In this document: positions 35,003-47,184 of the stretch, in pieces
Layout: each line of letters begins with the position of its first letter
How positions within the stretch are numbered: the first letter of the stretch is position 1
Assembly (NCBI RefSeq): GCF_044704955.1
Contig: NC_091984.1
Location: 227,416,001 to 227,480,000, forward strand
Direction: 5' to 3'
Source: Pristiophorus japonicus
Taxonomy: Eukaryota
Length of the DNA stretch: 64,000 nucleotides
Translations under genes and position numbers: made by a program
Notes under the pieces: model-generated
Told to the model about the DNA's origin: nothing
The model's input: only the letters and a program-made list of their open reading frames with translations
The model's database searches: none

Positions 35003-35600
35003 ACATAAGAACATAAGAAGTAGGAACAGAAGGAGTCAGCCATAACGCCCCTCGAGCCTGCTCTGCCATTCAATAAGATCATGGCTGATCTGATTATAGA
35101 CTCAGGTCCACTTCCCTGCCCGCGCCCCATAACTCTTTATCCTCTTATCGTTTAAGAAACTGTTCATTTCTGTCTTAAATTTATTTAATGTCCCAGCTTC
35201 CACAGCTCTCTGAGGCAGCGAATTCCACAGATTCACAACCATCTGAGAGAAGAAATTTCTCCTCATCTCAGTTCTAAATGGGCGGGCCCTTATTCTAAGA
35301 TCGTGCCCCCTAGTTCTAGTCTCCTCCACCAGTGGAAACATCCTCTCTGCATCCACCTTGTCAAGCCCCCTCATAATCTTATACGTTTCGATAAGATCAC
35401 CTCTCATTCTTCTGAATTCCAATGAATCGAGGCCCAACCTACTCAACCTTTCCTCATAAGTCAACCCCCTCATCCCTGGGATCAACCTAGTGAACCTTCT
35501 CTGAACTGCCTCCACAGCAAGTATATCCTTTCGTAAATATGGAAACCAAAACTGCACGCAGTATTCCAGGTGCGGCCTCACCCTGTACAACTGTAACAAG
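35003..35600 (-). mobile_element. CR1 3' fragment
   Basis: Open 165-aa RPHLEYC..LWNSLP ORF and tail. Confidence 0.94.
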
Positions 35601-35605
35601 CACTA

Positions 35606-35926
35606 AGGGGCACAGTAGTGTAGTAGTTATGTTACTGGACTAGTAATCCAAAGCCCTGGACTAAATCCAGGTTAGAACATGAGTTCATAATCCCACCAGC
35701 TGTTGAATTGTCATTAAAAACCCAACTGGTTCACTAATGTCGTCTGGGGAAGAAAATCCGCCACCCGTAGCCGGTCTGGCCTATATGTGACTCCAGTACC
35801 ACATCAATGTTGCTGACTCTTCGCTGTCCTCTGCAGTGGCCTCATGAGCCACTCAGGTTGCATCATAAAGTGTTAACCCAGCAGCAGTTAAGGGAGAAGG
35901 CTGGCCACCTTCTCAGGGCAATAAAT
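35606..35926 (+). mobile_element. Second tRNA-SINE family (tail shared with a CR1-group LINE)
   Basis: GGTTCACTAATGTC..GGTCTGGCCTATATGTGACTCCAG..CACCTTCTCAGGGCAATAAAT; other copies 38760-39190 and 53868-54230. Confidence 0.75.
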
Positions 35927-36320
35927 CTCGAACAAAGTCATCCAGACCACACAGTCCCAGGTTTGATCGCCAGCCTGTGCTGAGTTGCCATGCTGCAACT
36001 TCAGTGTTTGGTGAGCGAAGGAGATGCTAACCAGCCAGGTTTCTGGTCACTGCCCAATTCCCCCTGCGATGATGGCGCCTCATAGCCTCACTGTTTGAGT
36101 GGCCAAGTTCGGTGAGAAGCACCTCTGGGACAGGAGGGGTGAACACTACACTCACAGACATAACAAAATTAGCAGTTCATGGGTCACTCATGTCCAATGT
36201 TTAGGAGCACAATATTGGATTCTTAGCATTAAAGTGAAGGAAACATTAGTAGAGTTCTTTGGCAATACATTTAAAATAACTTTATTTCACTTGGGCACCC
36301 AGTGTCAGTTTGAATCACTT

Positions 36321-36976
36321 AAGAACATAAGAAATAGGAGCAGTAGTAGGCCATAGGGCCCCTCGAGCCTGCTCCGCCATTCAATAAGATCATGGCTGAT
36401 CTGATCATGGACTCAGCTCCACTTCCCTACCCGCTCCCTATAACCCTTTATTCCCTTATCGCTCGAAAATCTGTCTATCTCCGCCTTAAATATATTCAAT
36501 CCAGCCTCCAGCCTCCACAGCTCTCTGGGGCAGAGAATTCCACAGATTTACAACCCTCTGAGAAGAAATTTCTCCTCACCTCAGTTTTAAATGGGCGGCC
36601 CCTTATTCTATGTCCCCTAGTTTTAATTTCCCCTATGAGTGGAAATATCCTCTCTGCATCCACCTTGTCGAGCTCCCTCATTATCTTATAAGTTTCAATA
36701 AGATCACCTCTCATTCTTCTGAACTCCAATGTGTATAGGCCCAACTTACTCAACCTATCCTCATAAGTCAACCCCCTCATCTCCGGAATCAACCTAGTGA
36801 ACCTTCTCTGATCTGCCTCCAATGCAAGTATATCCTTCCTTAAATACGGAGACCAAAACTGTATGCAGTACTCCAGGTGTGGCCTCACCAATACAGTTGT
36901 AGCAGGACTTCTCTGCTTTTATACTCTATCCCCGTTGCAATAAAGGCCAACATTCCATTTGCCTTCCTGATTACCT
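36321..36976 (-). mobile_element. CR1 3' fragment
   Basis: ORF 36496-36891 VRPHLEYC..RGDLIETYK; AAGAACATAAGAA tail. Confidence 0.93.
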
Positions 36977-37364
36977 GTGGGTCAAGTAAACCATAGCCAC
37001 ATATCCCTTACTCTGTCCTAATAATGTATCTTTAACCGAGCTCCAAAAGTGCATACGTACTGCACCAGTATTTCCTTCTTACGGCCTGTTTAAGGGCAAT
37101 CAATAGAGTGAAAGCTTGCACTAGATGCCTCTAATGTATTTGCTTCATGGGTCCTTTGCGTAAGAATTCATAGCAACACATTGCTATTAAGAACCAGTTG
37201 GTTTATTAACAAAGGTTTAACAATCACACTACACATTACCAGTTCATCCATTAGGCTCACAACTGCATACCTCGTTGTGGATGACCTAGACCCAACTGAC
37301 TGTTTTTTATTGAGTCTTGTAAACATCACATGACAATGCAACAGCTCTACAACTATTTAAACTA

Positions 37365-37945
37365 AGCTTTAAATCAAGTGCCCCCTTTTGGCAAGGGCAC
37401 TAGAACCTATATATTTAGAAATTAACTGAGACCTTTGCCAATCAAACGAGAACCCATAAATTTAGACATTAACTGAGAACTTTGCCAATCAAATTAAAAT
37501 TCTGTTCCCAGGGGAGATGTTGCACTCCAGTCCCTCCGGTGCCCAACTCTCGCGGAAGGCCGTGAGATTACCGGTGGACACCGCGTGCTCCATCTCCAGG
37601 GGCACCCTGGCTTGGATGTAACCGCGGAAGAGAGGCCGGCAGTCGGGCTGAACATCCCCCTTGACCGCCCGCTGCCTGGACCAGTTAATGGCCACCTTGG
37701 CCAGTCCCAGGAGCAGTCCTACCAGCAGGCCCTCCGACCTGCCCGCTCTCCTCTGCACTGGGTGCCCAAAGATCAGGAGCGTGGGACTGAAGAGCAGTCA
37801 AAAATCGAGGAGCAGCCCCTTGAAATATCAGAAGAGGGGCTGCAACATCGCATGGAACACGGACTCCTCCAGGCTACAGCTCCACAAACTCTGTGCAGAC
37901 CTAGCCACTCACAGGTGCATACATTACAATGCCCAGTCGTGTTGT
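37365..37945 (-). mobile_element. Tx1/L1-clade 3' fragment, same family as 13651-14124
   Basis: LLLGLAKVAINWSRQRAV..FRESWAPEGLECNISPGNRILI*; 3' UTR with a 26-bp direct repeat ATTAACTGAGA(C/A)CTTTGCCAATCAAA. Confidence 0.82.
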
Positions 37946-38200
37946 ACTTCAGGCAGTAGGAAGTGAATTGTGAAACTCATTGCGTGTTGGAGCCTCAGCA
38001 GGCAGACAGAGAGGAGTCCTAATAGTCTGGACTTGAATCTCACCCAGGTCCCAGAGAGGAAAGGGCAGTCAATGCCTTTTCCATTGTGCCTATTTGATTA
38101 CAATTTGTTCATTATACATTTGGGTGTGCAGAGAGAGCTGACAGTGATGGTACATGCAAACTTTCTCAAATTTTGATTAAAAAAAAATTAGTTCATGGTT

Positions 38201-38758
38201 ATCATCATCATCATAGGTGGTCCCTCGAACCGAGGATGACTTGCTTCCACATCAAAAAGTTCACAGGTGTTTCAATGATGGACCTAAAATTCCAGGTCCG
38301 AAATCTTGAAGGGCAGAAGATGGCTCTGTTTGGATTTTTTTAACGTGGGGTGGCCGTTGCACACCAGCCACCACACGGGCTTGACAGAGCTGGGTCTTGG
38401 TCCAGTGGCAAGGATTAACCAAGATGACTGGAGACCAGCTCTGCTGCACGGGACTAGTGCGCACACATATCGCAGTGTGGGCTGGGCCCGTGCTGCCCCT
38501 GGGCCCTCGCCTCTTCTGGACCCCGAACTCACGCCTCTCCTGGGCCCCGATCATGTCCCTCTACAATCTCTCGCCGCTCCTTCAATACCTGCTCACGCTC
38601 CATTCACCGACCTGGACCTTGGTGATGTCACTCTTCGCTACCGTTGCTCTCCTGCTCCAGCACGTGCTGCTCCCTGGAGCGGTATACCGCCACGCTGCTC
38701 CTTCTGTTCCCCGGCCTGCTCCGGTGGGGCTCGCAGGCCGGGGGCCACGCAGACTGCG
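38201..38758 (-). mobile_element. Non-autonomous RTE-tailed retroelement, longer copy
   Basis: Homologous to 33750-34027, (ATG)n tail, GC-rich 5' extension, no RT coding sequence. Confidence 0.8.
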
Positions 38759-38759
38759 T

Positions 38760-39190
38760 GGGCGTCGCTGGCAAGGTCGGCATTATATTGCCCATCCCTA
38801 ATTGCTCTTGAGAAGGTGGCGGTGAGCCGCCTTCTTGAACCGCTGCAGTCCGTGTGGTGAAAGTGACTTTGTTGTGGCAGTTTGTTACAACTGAGTGCCT
38901 TGCTCGGCCATTGCAGAGGGCAGTTAAGAATCCACCACATTGCTGTGGGTCTGGAGTCACATATAGGACAGTCCAGGTGAACACGGCAGATTTCCTTCCG
39001 TGAAGGACATTAGTGAAGCAGATGTTACAACAATCCGGCAATTTCTCGGTCACCATTACTGAAGCTCGCTTTTTATTTAATCAATTGTATTCAAATTCCC
39101 CAGCTGCCGTGGTGGGATTTGAACCCATGTCTCCAGATCATTAGTCTGGATTACTGGTCCAGTAACATAACCAATATGCTACTGTACCCT
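38760..39190 (-). mobile_element. Second tRNA-SINE family copy
   Basis: TTGCCCATCCCTAATTGC..GAGAAGGTGG tail; GTGGGATTTGAAC box B; GTCCAGTAACATAACC head. Confidence 0.82.
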
Positions 39191-39247
39191 GTTGCCCACT
39201 ATCAGGTGAAAATTTGGAAATAGCCTGAATCAACTCTGAAAGCGACT

Positions 39248-39601
39248 GTGGCGGAGCCGGACCAAGAAGGGCGCCAAGAAAGCCATGAGGAAAATCCTAG
39301 CAAAGGATGGCAAGAAGCGGAGAAGGTCGAGGAAGGAGTGTTACTCCATCTACATCTGCAAAGCGATAAAGCACGTTCACTACTGGGCACTGGCACCTCC
39401 TCCAAGGCCGTGAGCATCACAAACTCCTTTGTGAACGATATTCCCGAGCGCATCGCAGGTGAAGCTTCCCGCCTGGCCCATTACAACAAGCGCCGTTCCA
39501 TCAGCTCCCGGGAGAGCCAGACCACTGTGCGCCTACTGCTTCCCGGGGTGGGGGGGGGGGGAGGCCATGTCGGAGAGGTCAAATAAACTGGCTCCAACTA
39601 A
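39248..39601 (+). pseudogene. H2B: Histone H2B pseudogene
   Basis: [33 protein letters not shown] / frameshift / [53 protein letters not shown]; poly-G replaces ELAKH; relics of AVSEG and KYTSSK*; no ATG. Confidence 0.95.
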
Positions 39602-39682
39602 AACCCCACAATGTGCTGAAAAAGAAAAACGCAATACATTACAAAATGGCGAGATAATGTGCATTGGTCCTTTCCTTCCAGT

Positions 39683-39888
39683 TCCTGGCCAATATTTATC
39701 CCTGAACCAACATCACAAAAGGAGATTATCTGGTCATTCTCGCAGTGCCGTTTGCTGTGCGCAAATTGGCTGCTGTGTTTCCTGCATTACAACAGTGACC
39801 ACACTTCAAAAGCACTTCATTGGCTGTAAAGTGCTTTGGGTCGTCCTGGGGTCGTGAAAGGCGCTATATAAATGCAAGTCTTTCTTTT
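39683..39888 (+). mobile_element. Deu-domain SINE 3' half
   Basis: TCCTGGCCAATATTTATCCC..AGGCGCTATATAAATGCAAGTCTTTC. Confidence 0.85.
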
Positions 39889-40194
39889 GGGCAGTACGTT
39901 CCATTCTTTTCCGAGTGGGAGGAGCCCCTGCAAACACTACACTCCTGCGGACACCTGTCTGAAAACCTCCGAAAGGACGTAATGCAACATGACCTGTGAC
40001 CTATGACCTGTGACTTGACACCCTCTAGTAATGTGATTTTTATTTCCATAGCAGTGTTCGTAACCATTGATATTATGTCGCCGTGAGGCCGTGAAAGTCG
40101 ATATATAAATGCAATTACTTTCTTTACTGCTGGTCATAGGTTTAAACAGAGAACCATCAGATTCCTCTTCACAACCTCTTTGCATCTGCAGCAC

Positions 40195-40435
40195 GACACC
40201 AAACAAGGAGTTGATAGGGTAGATAGAGGGAACTATTTCCTCTGGTGGGGCAAGCCCAGAACAAGGGGGCATGACCTTAAAATTGGAGCTAGGCTATTCA
40301 GGGATGATATCAGGAAGCACTTCTTTACATAAAGGATGATGGGAATCTGGAACTATCTCGCCCCCAATATCTGTTGGGTCAGTTAAAGGGTCAGCTGGAA
40401 ATGTCAAAACTGAGATTGATCAAGATTATTGTTAG
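40195..40435 (+). mobile_element. Older CR1 3' coding fragment
   Basis: GATAGGGTAGATAGAG..AGAACAAGGGGGCAT..TGGAACT. Confidence 0.7.
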
Positions 40436-40872
40436 AAAGAAAAACTTACCTTTATATAGCGCCTTGAACAACCACCGGACGTCTCAAAGCACTTTACAGC
40501 CAATGAAGTACTTTTTAGAGTGCAGTCACTGTTGTGGGATACACGGCAGCCAATTTGCGCACAGCAAGCTCCCACAAGCAGCAATGTGATCATGACCAGA
40601 TAATCTGTTTTTGTTATGTTGATTGAGGGATAAATATTGGCCAGGACACCGGGGAGAACTCCCCTGCTCTTCTTCGCAATAGTGCCATGGGATCTTTTAC
40701 GTCCACTTGAGAGGGCAGGCGGGGCACCGGTTTAACATCTCATCCGAAAGACGGCACCTCCGACAGTGCAGCACTCCCTCAGCACTGCACTGGGAGTGTC
40801 AGTCTAGATCTTTGTGCTCAAGTCCTGGCCGTGGGATTTGAACTCACAACCTGAGGCAGGTATGCTACCCAT
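40436..40872 (-). mobile_element. Deu-domain SINE, near full length
   Basis: TTTATATAGCGCC tail through GGGATTTGAACTCACAACC head. Confidence 0.9.
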
Positions 40873-41649
40873 TGAAAGGAAGGAAAGGAATGGCGTGCAT
40901 TTATATAGTGCACTTTGATGATCAACAGACGCCTCAAAGCGCTTTACAGCCAATGACGTACTTTTTGAAGTGTAGTCACTGTCGTAACAACTGACACTGT
41001 AGGGAAGGACATTTAAGGTATACAGAGCCAAGGCGGATAGATGGAGTTAAGGTACGGAGCAGCCCCGATCTAATTGAATGGCGGAACAGGCATCAAGGGG
41101 CTGAACGGTCTGCTCCTGTTCCGACGTTCCTTTAACCCGAGTGTCTTTTGTCACTGGTGCCTCCCCGCCTCACCTCCCCGCCCCCCCCCCCCCCCCCCCC
41201 CAGAATCCACACCGGGAGCCTGGCAGTGATTTAGCTGTGACAGCGGAAATGTGACTGTCTGCTGTGAAGTGTGAGCTCGATGCTGTTCAGCTGTCAGTGC
41301 CTGCGCTGGGCACTACAGGGAAACAGTCGACTTTGCAAGAGAATTACTTCAAGCGAACAGCAGGTATGATTGAATAGTAATAATGGACGCCATCTGCAGC
41401 GTAGCAGGGAATTGAGGATAACATGACAACTGAAATACAAGACAGCGGGTTAAGTACCTCCATCAGCTCGTCTATATTTAACCCAGATACTTAAGTATCT
41501 CTTCCAGTACTACAAAAAAGCCACACAGCGTGGTGACGAATATTGGCAGACACGGCACACCTATCTTATGGGAGATGTGCGCCTTTTGAACTGAGCACGG
41601 CCTGTATTTTGTTGCAATTACCGTGTAAAAGAAAGATAAGTGGAAAAAA

Positions 41650-42672
41650 ATGAAGACTTGCATTTATATCGCGCCTGTCACGACCGCTGGACGTTCCAAA
41701 GCGCTTTACAGCCAATGAAGCCCTTTTGAAGTGCAGTCACTGTTGTAATGTGGGAAACGCGGCAGCCAATTTGTGCACAGCAAGCTCCCACAAACAGCAA
41801 TGTGTGATAATGATCAGATAATCTGTTTTTGTGATGTTGATTAAGGTGATAAATATTGGCCCAGGACACCGGGGATAACTCACCTGCTCTTCGTCGAAAA
41901 TAGTGTCAGGGGATCTCTTACGCCCACCTGAGAAAGCAGACGGGGCCTCGGTTTAACGGGATGGATTTTCGAGAGGTTTGCGAGCCGGTTTTCGCGGCGA
42001 TTTGAGCCTCCGCGGCGAAAACCCGTTCGCAAAGCCCGGGCGGGATCCGCGGGCACCTGTTTGCGGCGGCGCTTCCAAGTACCGCCGGGGAGAGGTGTGC
42101 CGATGTGCAACGACTCGGATTGCGATTGTGTCCGAGTTTCAGCTCTGTTCCAACCCGTACGTTGCGCCCAGAATAGCAACAGGTCAAATCTGTTGGTGCA
42201 GCCCTGACAGCAGCGGTAAGTATGACATTTTTTTTTGCAGCAATTAGATAGTTAAGAGTCTTGTAAATGTTTTCGGAATGTTTTCCCCCCTCCCAAGGCC
42301 TCTCTTGCAGCGCTCCGGCCCCCCCGGACTAAATTTGGCGAAACTCGCGTTTTTGTGTCGCGAATGCTTGTGCAACGCCTCCCTTACCCCCTGGTACAGG
42401 CGTAAAGGCCGAAAGTTCGGCCTAAAAATGGTAGCACAGCGGAAACAGTTAGTTTCACGTATTGCCACCATTTTCGCCAAAAAGCCGCAAAAGCCAAAAA
42501 TCCAGCCCTAGGTCTCATCCCAAAGGTGGCACCTCTGACAGTGCGGCACTTTCTCAGCACTGCACTGGAGTGTCCACCTAGATTTTTGTGTCCGTGTCTC
42601 TGGAGTGGGACTGGAACCACACGACCTTCAGACTCAGAGGCGAATGGGCTACCCGCTGAGCCACATCTGACA
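41650..42672 (-). mobile_element. Deu-domain SINE split by MITE 41958-42508
   Basis: ..CCTCGGTTTAAC | MITE | GTCTCATCC..; head at ~42600-42670. Confidence 0.88.
41958..42508. mobile_element. GC-rich MITE (probable PIF/Harbinger)
   Basis: TIR GGGATGGATTTT / AAAATCCAGCCC (11/12); internal GGTAAGT at 42215; related to 56271-56878 in opposite orientation. Confidence 0.78.
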
Positions 42673-42706
42673 CATGTGGATAAATGATAATTTGATGGAT
42701 CAAAAT

Positions 42707-42925
42707 TTAAGAACATCAGAAATAGGAGCAGGAATAGATCACACGGCCTCACGAGCCTGCTCCGCCATTCAATAAGATCATGGCTGATCTTCGACCTCAA
42801 CTCCACTTTCCTGCCCGATCTCCATATCTATTGATTCCCTTAGTGCTCAAAGATCTATCGAACCCTGTCTCGGATATACCAATCGACTGAGCATCCACAG
42901 GCCTCGGGGGTCGTGAATTCAGAAG
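42707..42925 (-). mobile_element. CR1 3' fragment
   Basis: AAGAACATCAGAAATAGGAGCAGG..CCATTCAATAAGATCATGGCTGA. Confidence 0.82.
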
Positions 42926-42941
42926 ATAACATCAGTAAGTT

Positions 42942-43144
42942 GGTCATGTATGTACATGCTGTTTGTAGCCACTAGATGGTGTCATTGTTGGAGGCCACTG
43001 AGCAGCGCGCACATGGTGCTGCTCTGGTATAAAAGGCCAGCCATTTTGTGAGTCAGGCACTTTGGGCCGTAATAAAGCAGAGCCAAGGGTGTACCTTCTT
43101 CAGTTAAACAGTACTCAGTTTGGACCTTTATTGCATACATAACA
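42942..43144 (+). mobile_element. Probable solo LTR (~203 bp)
   Basis: gGTCATGTATG...CATACATAACA imperfect inverted ends, TATAAAA at 43028, AATAAA at 43071; TSD not clean. Confidence 0.72.
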
Positions 43145-43723
43145 AAGAGGAAGTGAGACTTAAAGAAGGAAGATGGCAAATGTTCTGCACTTTCCTCAGG
43201 CCCTGCTTGTTTACACTGATTTACGCGCATTTTCGGCAGTTTTTTTCACTTTCCAGCCGATGCTAATGTGATTCACAGGAAATGTTGCCATCGGCAAGAT
43301 CAGGGCAGAAACCGCCGTTGGTCGGATTGAGGAAATTCTGGCCCATATATGCATGTGCGCTCCTTCAATCTCTCTGAAGGTGAACCGAGTCAAAACTGGA
43401 GCAGCTTGATTCCAGTGATAGGCTGCTCTCTTTCACAGTAGGTAAACCACACGGAACTATGAGACTAATGAGAGACAGTTGGCCCATGAACAGAAGTTAC
43501 AAAAATAGATCTGAAACACACATGTACGTTAGTGCGGTGGGCCACTTAACTCAATGTAAAGCACAACCTATTCTGTCTGCTCCATCTGCAGCCTTCTCTT
43601 GCTCAACCCCTCTTGATATCTGTGTTCTGACTTTTAAAAGCTTCTCTCACAACCCCCGCAGAGATCACAGAAAGCTTTCCAATACCGAGGTACAAGGGGC
43701 GGTGGGGAGTGTGTGGGGGGCTG

Positions 43724-44412
43724 GGGGGGGAAGTTGCCCCTTTGTCAGAGACACGTTAATGCCTCCGGGGGGCGCTAACGGGGGGGGCGCAAGACACTTT
43801 TCGCCCAGATGGGGGCGCTACCAGCTCCCGGGAAATTGCCCTGGGGCCGCCGCACAGCTGCCGATGATGTAATCGCCGTGCGCGCCGACCCCTTTCCGCC
43901 ACGCAGGGGATAATGGCCCCACGCCCCACGAGGTTGGTGCGAGCCGGTGTCAACGGCAGCTTCACGGGCCGCGAAGCTGGCCGACCGCCGCTCGCGGGGC
44001 GCAAGTTAAAGGGGGAGAGCCACCATCGTTAAACTGTCGCCGGCTCTACGGTCGGCTCCCACAGTGGCTCCCTAGCGTGGGTCCGGGCCGCCATGGTGCA
44101 GCGCGACACTCCGTTTCGGGTGTTGGGTTGCAGCCCCGGGTACCAGGCTGCCCCGGTGGCCCAGTGGGGATTCATCAGAGGCTTTGCGGAGTGCACTTAA
44201 GCAAAGGGGAAGGGCGTTGAAGCGCTTCTGCGCAACGCGGAGCGTTTGCGTAGCGCCCCCTTTCGTGGCCCGTTAGCACCGCTGGTCCCGCCCCGACAGG
44301 AAGTGGACATGCCGAGATTGTGCTCCATTTCCTTTGAGGGGCGGTAAGCACAGAAAGTCCCGGCCGCAGCAGGATACCGCCTCCCAATTGGGCGCAGGGC
44401 AATTTCGCCCCC
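43724..44412. mobile_element. GC-rich MITE
   Basis: TIR GGGGGGGAAGTTGCCC / GGGCAATTTCGCCCCC; internal motifs shared with 46472-47184, 52759-53390 and 55185-55775. Confidence 0.78.
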
Positions 44413-44962
44413 AAAATCTGTTCGAATAGTCCGGCTCAGCCATGATCGTATTAAATGGCGAAGCAGGCTCGAGGGGCCGTATGGCCTACTCCTGCTCCTA
44501 TTCCTTATGTTCTTATGCTCTTATGACTAAGAAACCTTTCTACTGTTTGTGTCTCTGTGAGAAAGAACTTGCCATCTCTATTGACTATTTGTTGGGAAGG
44601 GAACCACTTTTAGGTCAACTTGTTGCTTAAAATTGGATCTTAATATCGCTCCATGTCCAAGGCCAAAGTATCCTAAGCCTCAATAATAATCTAAACAGCA
44701 TCTGAAGATTGAAGATCAGGTATGGGCTCCAAGGAAGGTGACCACTGTGATGCCTTGATACAAGGCAAAGGGCTTGAAGCAACCCAAGGCTGGGCAGCCA
44801 CACAGGAATAAACCTCAGATAGTCGAACACATACGGGAGGTCACTTGTTCAGTCCCTGCCCATTAACGCTGGCCATGACGTTGCTGACAGATTGGCCTCA
44901 CAAGCCCACGAGAGATGCAAACCAGACGCACTCTGAAAGACAATGTGGTCATCATAGGTCTC

Positions 44963-45405
44963 AGCCAGTAGCTCAGTGGGTAGCACTCTCACCTCTGAAT
45001 CTGAAGGTTGTGGACTCAAGTCCAGAGACTTGAGCGCAGAACTGACACTCCCAAGTGCAGTGCTGAGGGAATGCTATGCTGTCTTTCAGATGAGATGTTA
45101 AACTGAGGCTCCACCTGCTCTCTCACGTGGATGTAAAAGATCCCATGGCACTATTTCGAAGAAGAGCAGGGGAGTTATCTCCAGTGTGCTGGCCAATATT
45201 TATCCATCAGCCAGCATCCCTAAAACAGGTGGTCAGGTCATTATCCCATTGCTGTTTGTGGGAGCTTGCTGTGCGCAAGTCGGCTGCTGCATTTTCTACT
45301 TTACAACAGTGACTACGCTTCCAAAAGTATTTCATTGGCTGTAAACCACGTCGGGATGCCTTGAGGTCATAAAAGGCGCTATATAAATGCAAGTTCTTTC
45401 TTTTA
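44963..45405 (+). mobile_element. Deu-domain SINE, full length
   Basis: GCTCAGTGGGTAGCAC head, Deu core, AGGCGCTATATAAATGCAAG tail. Confidence 0.9.
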
Positions 45406-45741
45406 TAATAGGCCTCAGCGCAACCTAATGAAAGGAAGAGGGAACTAATGTCAGGGTTCTGATCACATTCTTGTGTTGGGAAGTGAGCGAGGAGAGGACC
45501 AGGCTCAGCAGCGATGCCTCTGCTGGTCAAATAGCCAGCAGACGCTCACTGTCTAGGCTCACGCATGAATAAGGTACAGCAGCCACAGAGTCAGTGCCTT
45601 CATGAAATATAACAATACTTTTATTGTAGCGTTTCACTTGTTGATATGGCGGAGATCAACTGTCACAGCACAGACTGTGTTGCTCAGTTACACACTGGGG
45701 ACTATGTTGGTCCAGTGAACAGTGGGTGGAGGTTGTGTTTA

Positions 45742-46192
45742 AATGAAGAAAGGTTGAGCGGGTTGGGCCTGTACTCATTGAAGTTTAGATGAATGAGAGG
45801 TGATCTTGTTGAAACATACAAGATTCTGAGGGGGCTTGACAGGGCAGATGCAGAGAGGATGTTTCCCTTGTGGGGGAAATCTAGAACTAGGGGGCATAAA
45901 ATCAGAATTAGGGGTCGCCCATTTAAAACGGAAATGAGGAGGGATTTCTTCTCTCAGAGGATCATGAATCTTTGTAATTCTCTGCCCCAGAGAGCTGTGG
46001 AGGCTGGGACATTGAATATATTTAAGGTGGAGATAGACAGATTTTTAAATGATAAGGGAGTCAAGGGTTGTGGGGAACGGGCGGGGAAGTGGATTGAGGC
46101 CAGGATCAGATCAGCCATGATCTTATTGAATGGCGGAGCGGGCTCGAGGGGCCAAATGGCCGATTCCTGCTCCTATTTCTAATGTTCTTATG
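45742..46192 (+). mobile_element. CR1 3' fragment
   Basis: ORF 45793-46182 MRGDLVETYKILRGLD.. Confidence 0.92.
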
Positions 46193-46471
46193 CAAAATCA
46201 TCCGTTTGTCATTGGAGCACTGATAAAAGCCTGCAGCTGCTCATCTCATTAAATACTATTAACGCAATGTTCTATCCACTAATGGTGAGGGGACAATCAG
46301 ATCCCAGGCGGCTGGAAACAGCCCAATTTGTCAAGTATCAAACCAGAGACCAATTATGGCGGTCCAATTTTGGAGATAAACACACACACGACAATCTCAG
46401 ATACAATGAACAAATGCTGTGAGCCCTCAGCGGTGACAGGCAACCTCTGGGGCGATAGAAACAGAGTTAAT

Positions 46472-47184
46472 GGGGGAGAAATTCCATCGCACCCTGTTTG
46501 GGGGGGGGGTAACATCCGGGAGGCGGGACATTCTGCGCCAGGCCCGAAAGGAAATGGGGCGCAATAAAACGTGCTCTACTTCCTTTCCGGGGTGGTAGTG
46601 CTGCAGACGGGTCGAGAGCGGGTCACAGCGCTACGCACGGGACCGCGTAGGAGGGGCTCTCCCCTCCATTAAAGGGAAGGGGCCAAGCTGCAAGCTCTGC
46701 AGTTAAGAAACAAGCCTCCCTGGACGACCGGGGAGCAGGGCTGCCTTGCCAACAGCCCGGCCCTCAAGCAGAGTGCCGGGCTGACCGATCGTGGAACGGA
46801 CCCCGCGATCGTGCGCCAACGGGGCGCCGAAGAAAAGCAGCACGTTTCATTTTAACATGGCCGTAACCTCCCCTTTAACGAGCGCCCCGCGAGCGGCCTG
46901 TAGCTCGGTTCACGTCCCCTGAAACTGTCGTTGGCATTGCCCCCATGCTGCTTCGGCGGGCGGGGGCGGGGGGCGCGCCGCAATTTTTGTTCCGGGGCGA
47001 AAACGGGGTGCTGCGCACGGTGATGATGTCATCATCTGCGATGCAGCGGAGCGGGGCCACTACGGGTTACCTCCGTTGCTAAACTCCCGCGAAATTTAGC
47101 GGGAGTCGTTAGCGGCACCGTGCCTGGGCGAAAGGTCATTAGGGGGCGCTCACGCGAGGCGCAAGTGACCCGAATTTCGAGGCC
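46472..47184. mobile_element. GC-rich MITE with 3-bp TSD, inserted in a Penelope terminal-repeat fragment
   Basis: Termini GGGGGAGAAATTC / GAATTTCGAGGCC; TSD AAT (46469-46471, 47185-47187); empty site GAAACAGAGTTAATGTTTCAGGTCGATGA present at 55124-55152. Confidence 0.88.

Noticed and set aside
37134-37350. Fourth solo LTR (TGTA..TACA, minus-strand AATAAA)
   Set aside because: No matching TSD or clear TATA; plausible but unsupported
38370-38420. Twister ribozyme (TAA..TGCC..TCAAGCCCG resemblance on the minus strand)
   Set aside because: The required second pseudoknot partner and closing stems could not be found
41204-41363. Coding exon between poly-C/CAG and CAG|GTATGA
   Set aside because: Stops in all three frames; the acceptor is only a homopolymer run
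45420-45575. Ancient SINE-like relics (also ~33230-33400, 54790-54960, 57300-57480)
   Set aside because: Weak mutual similarity (GTCAAATAGCC, GCATGAA) but too decayed to bound or name by eye
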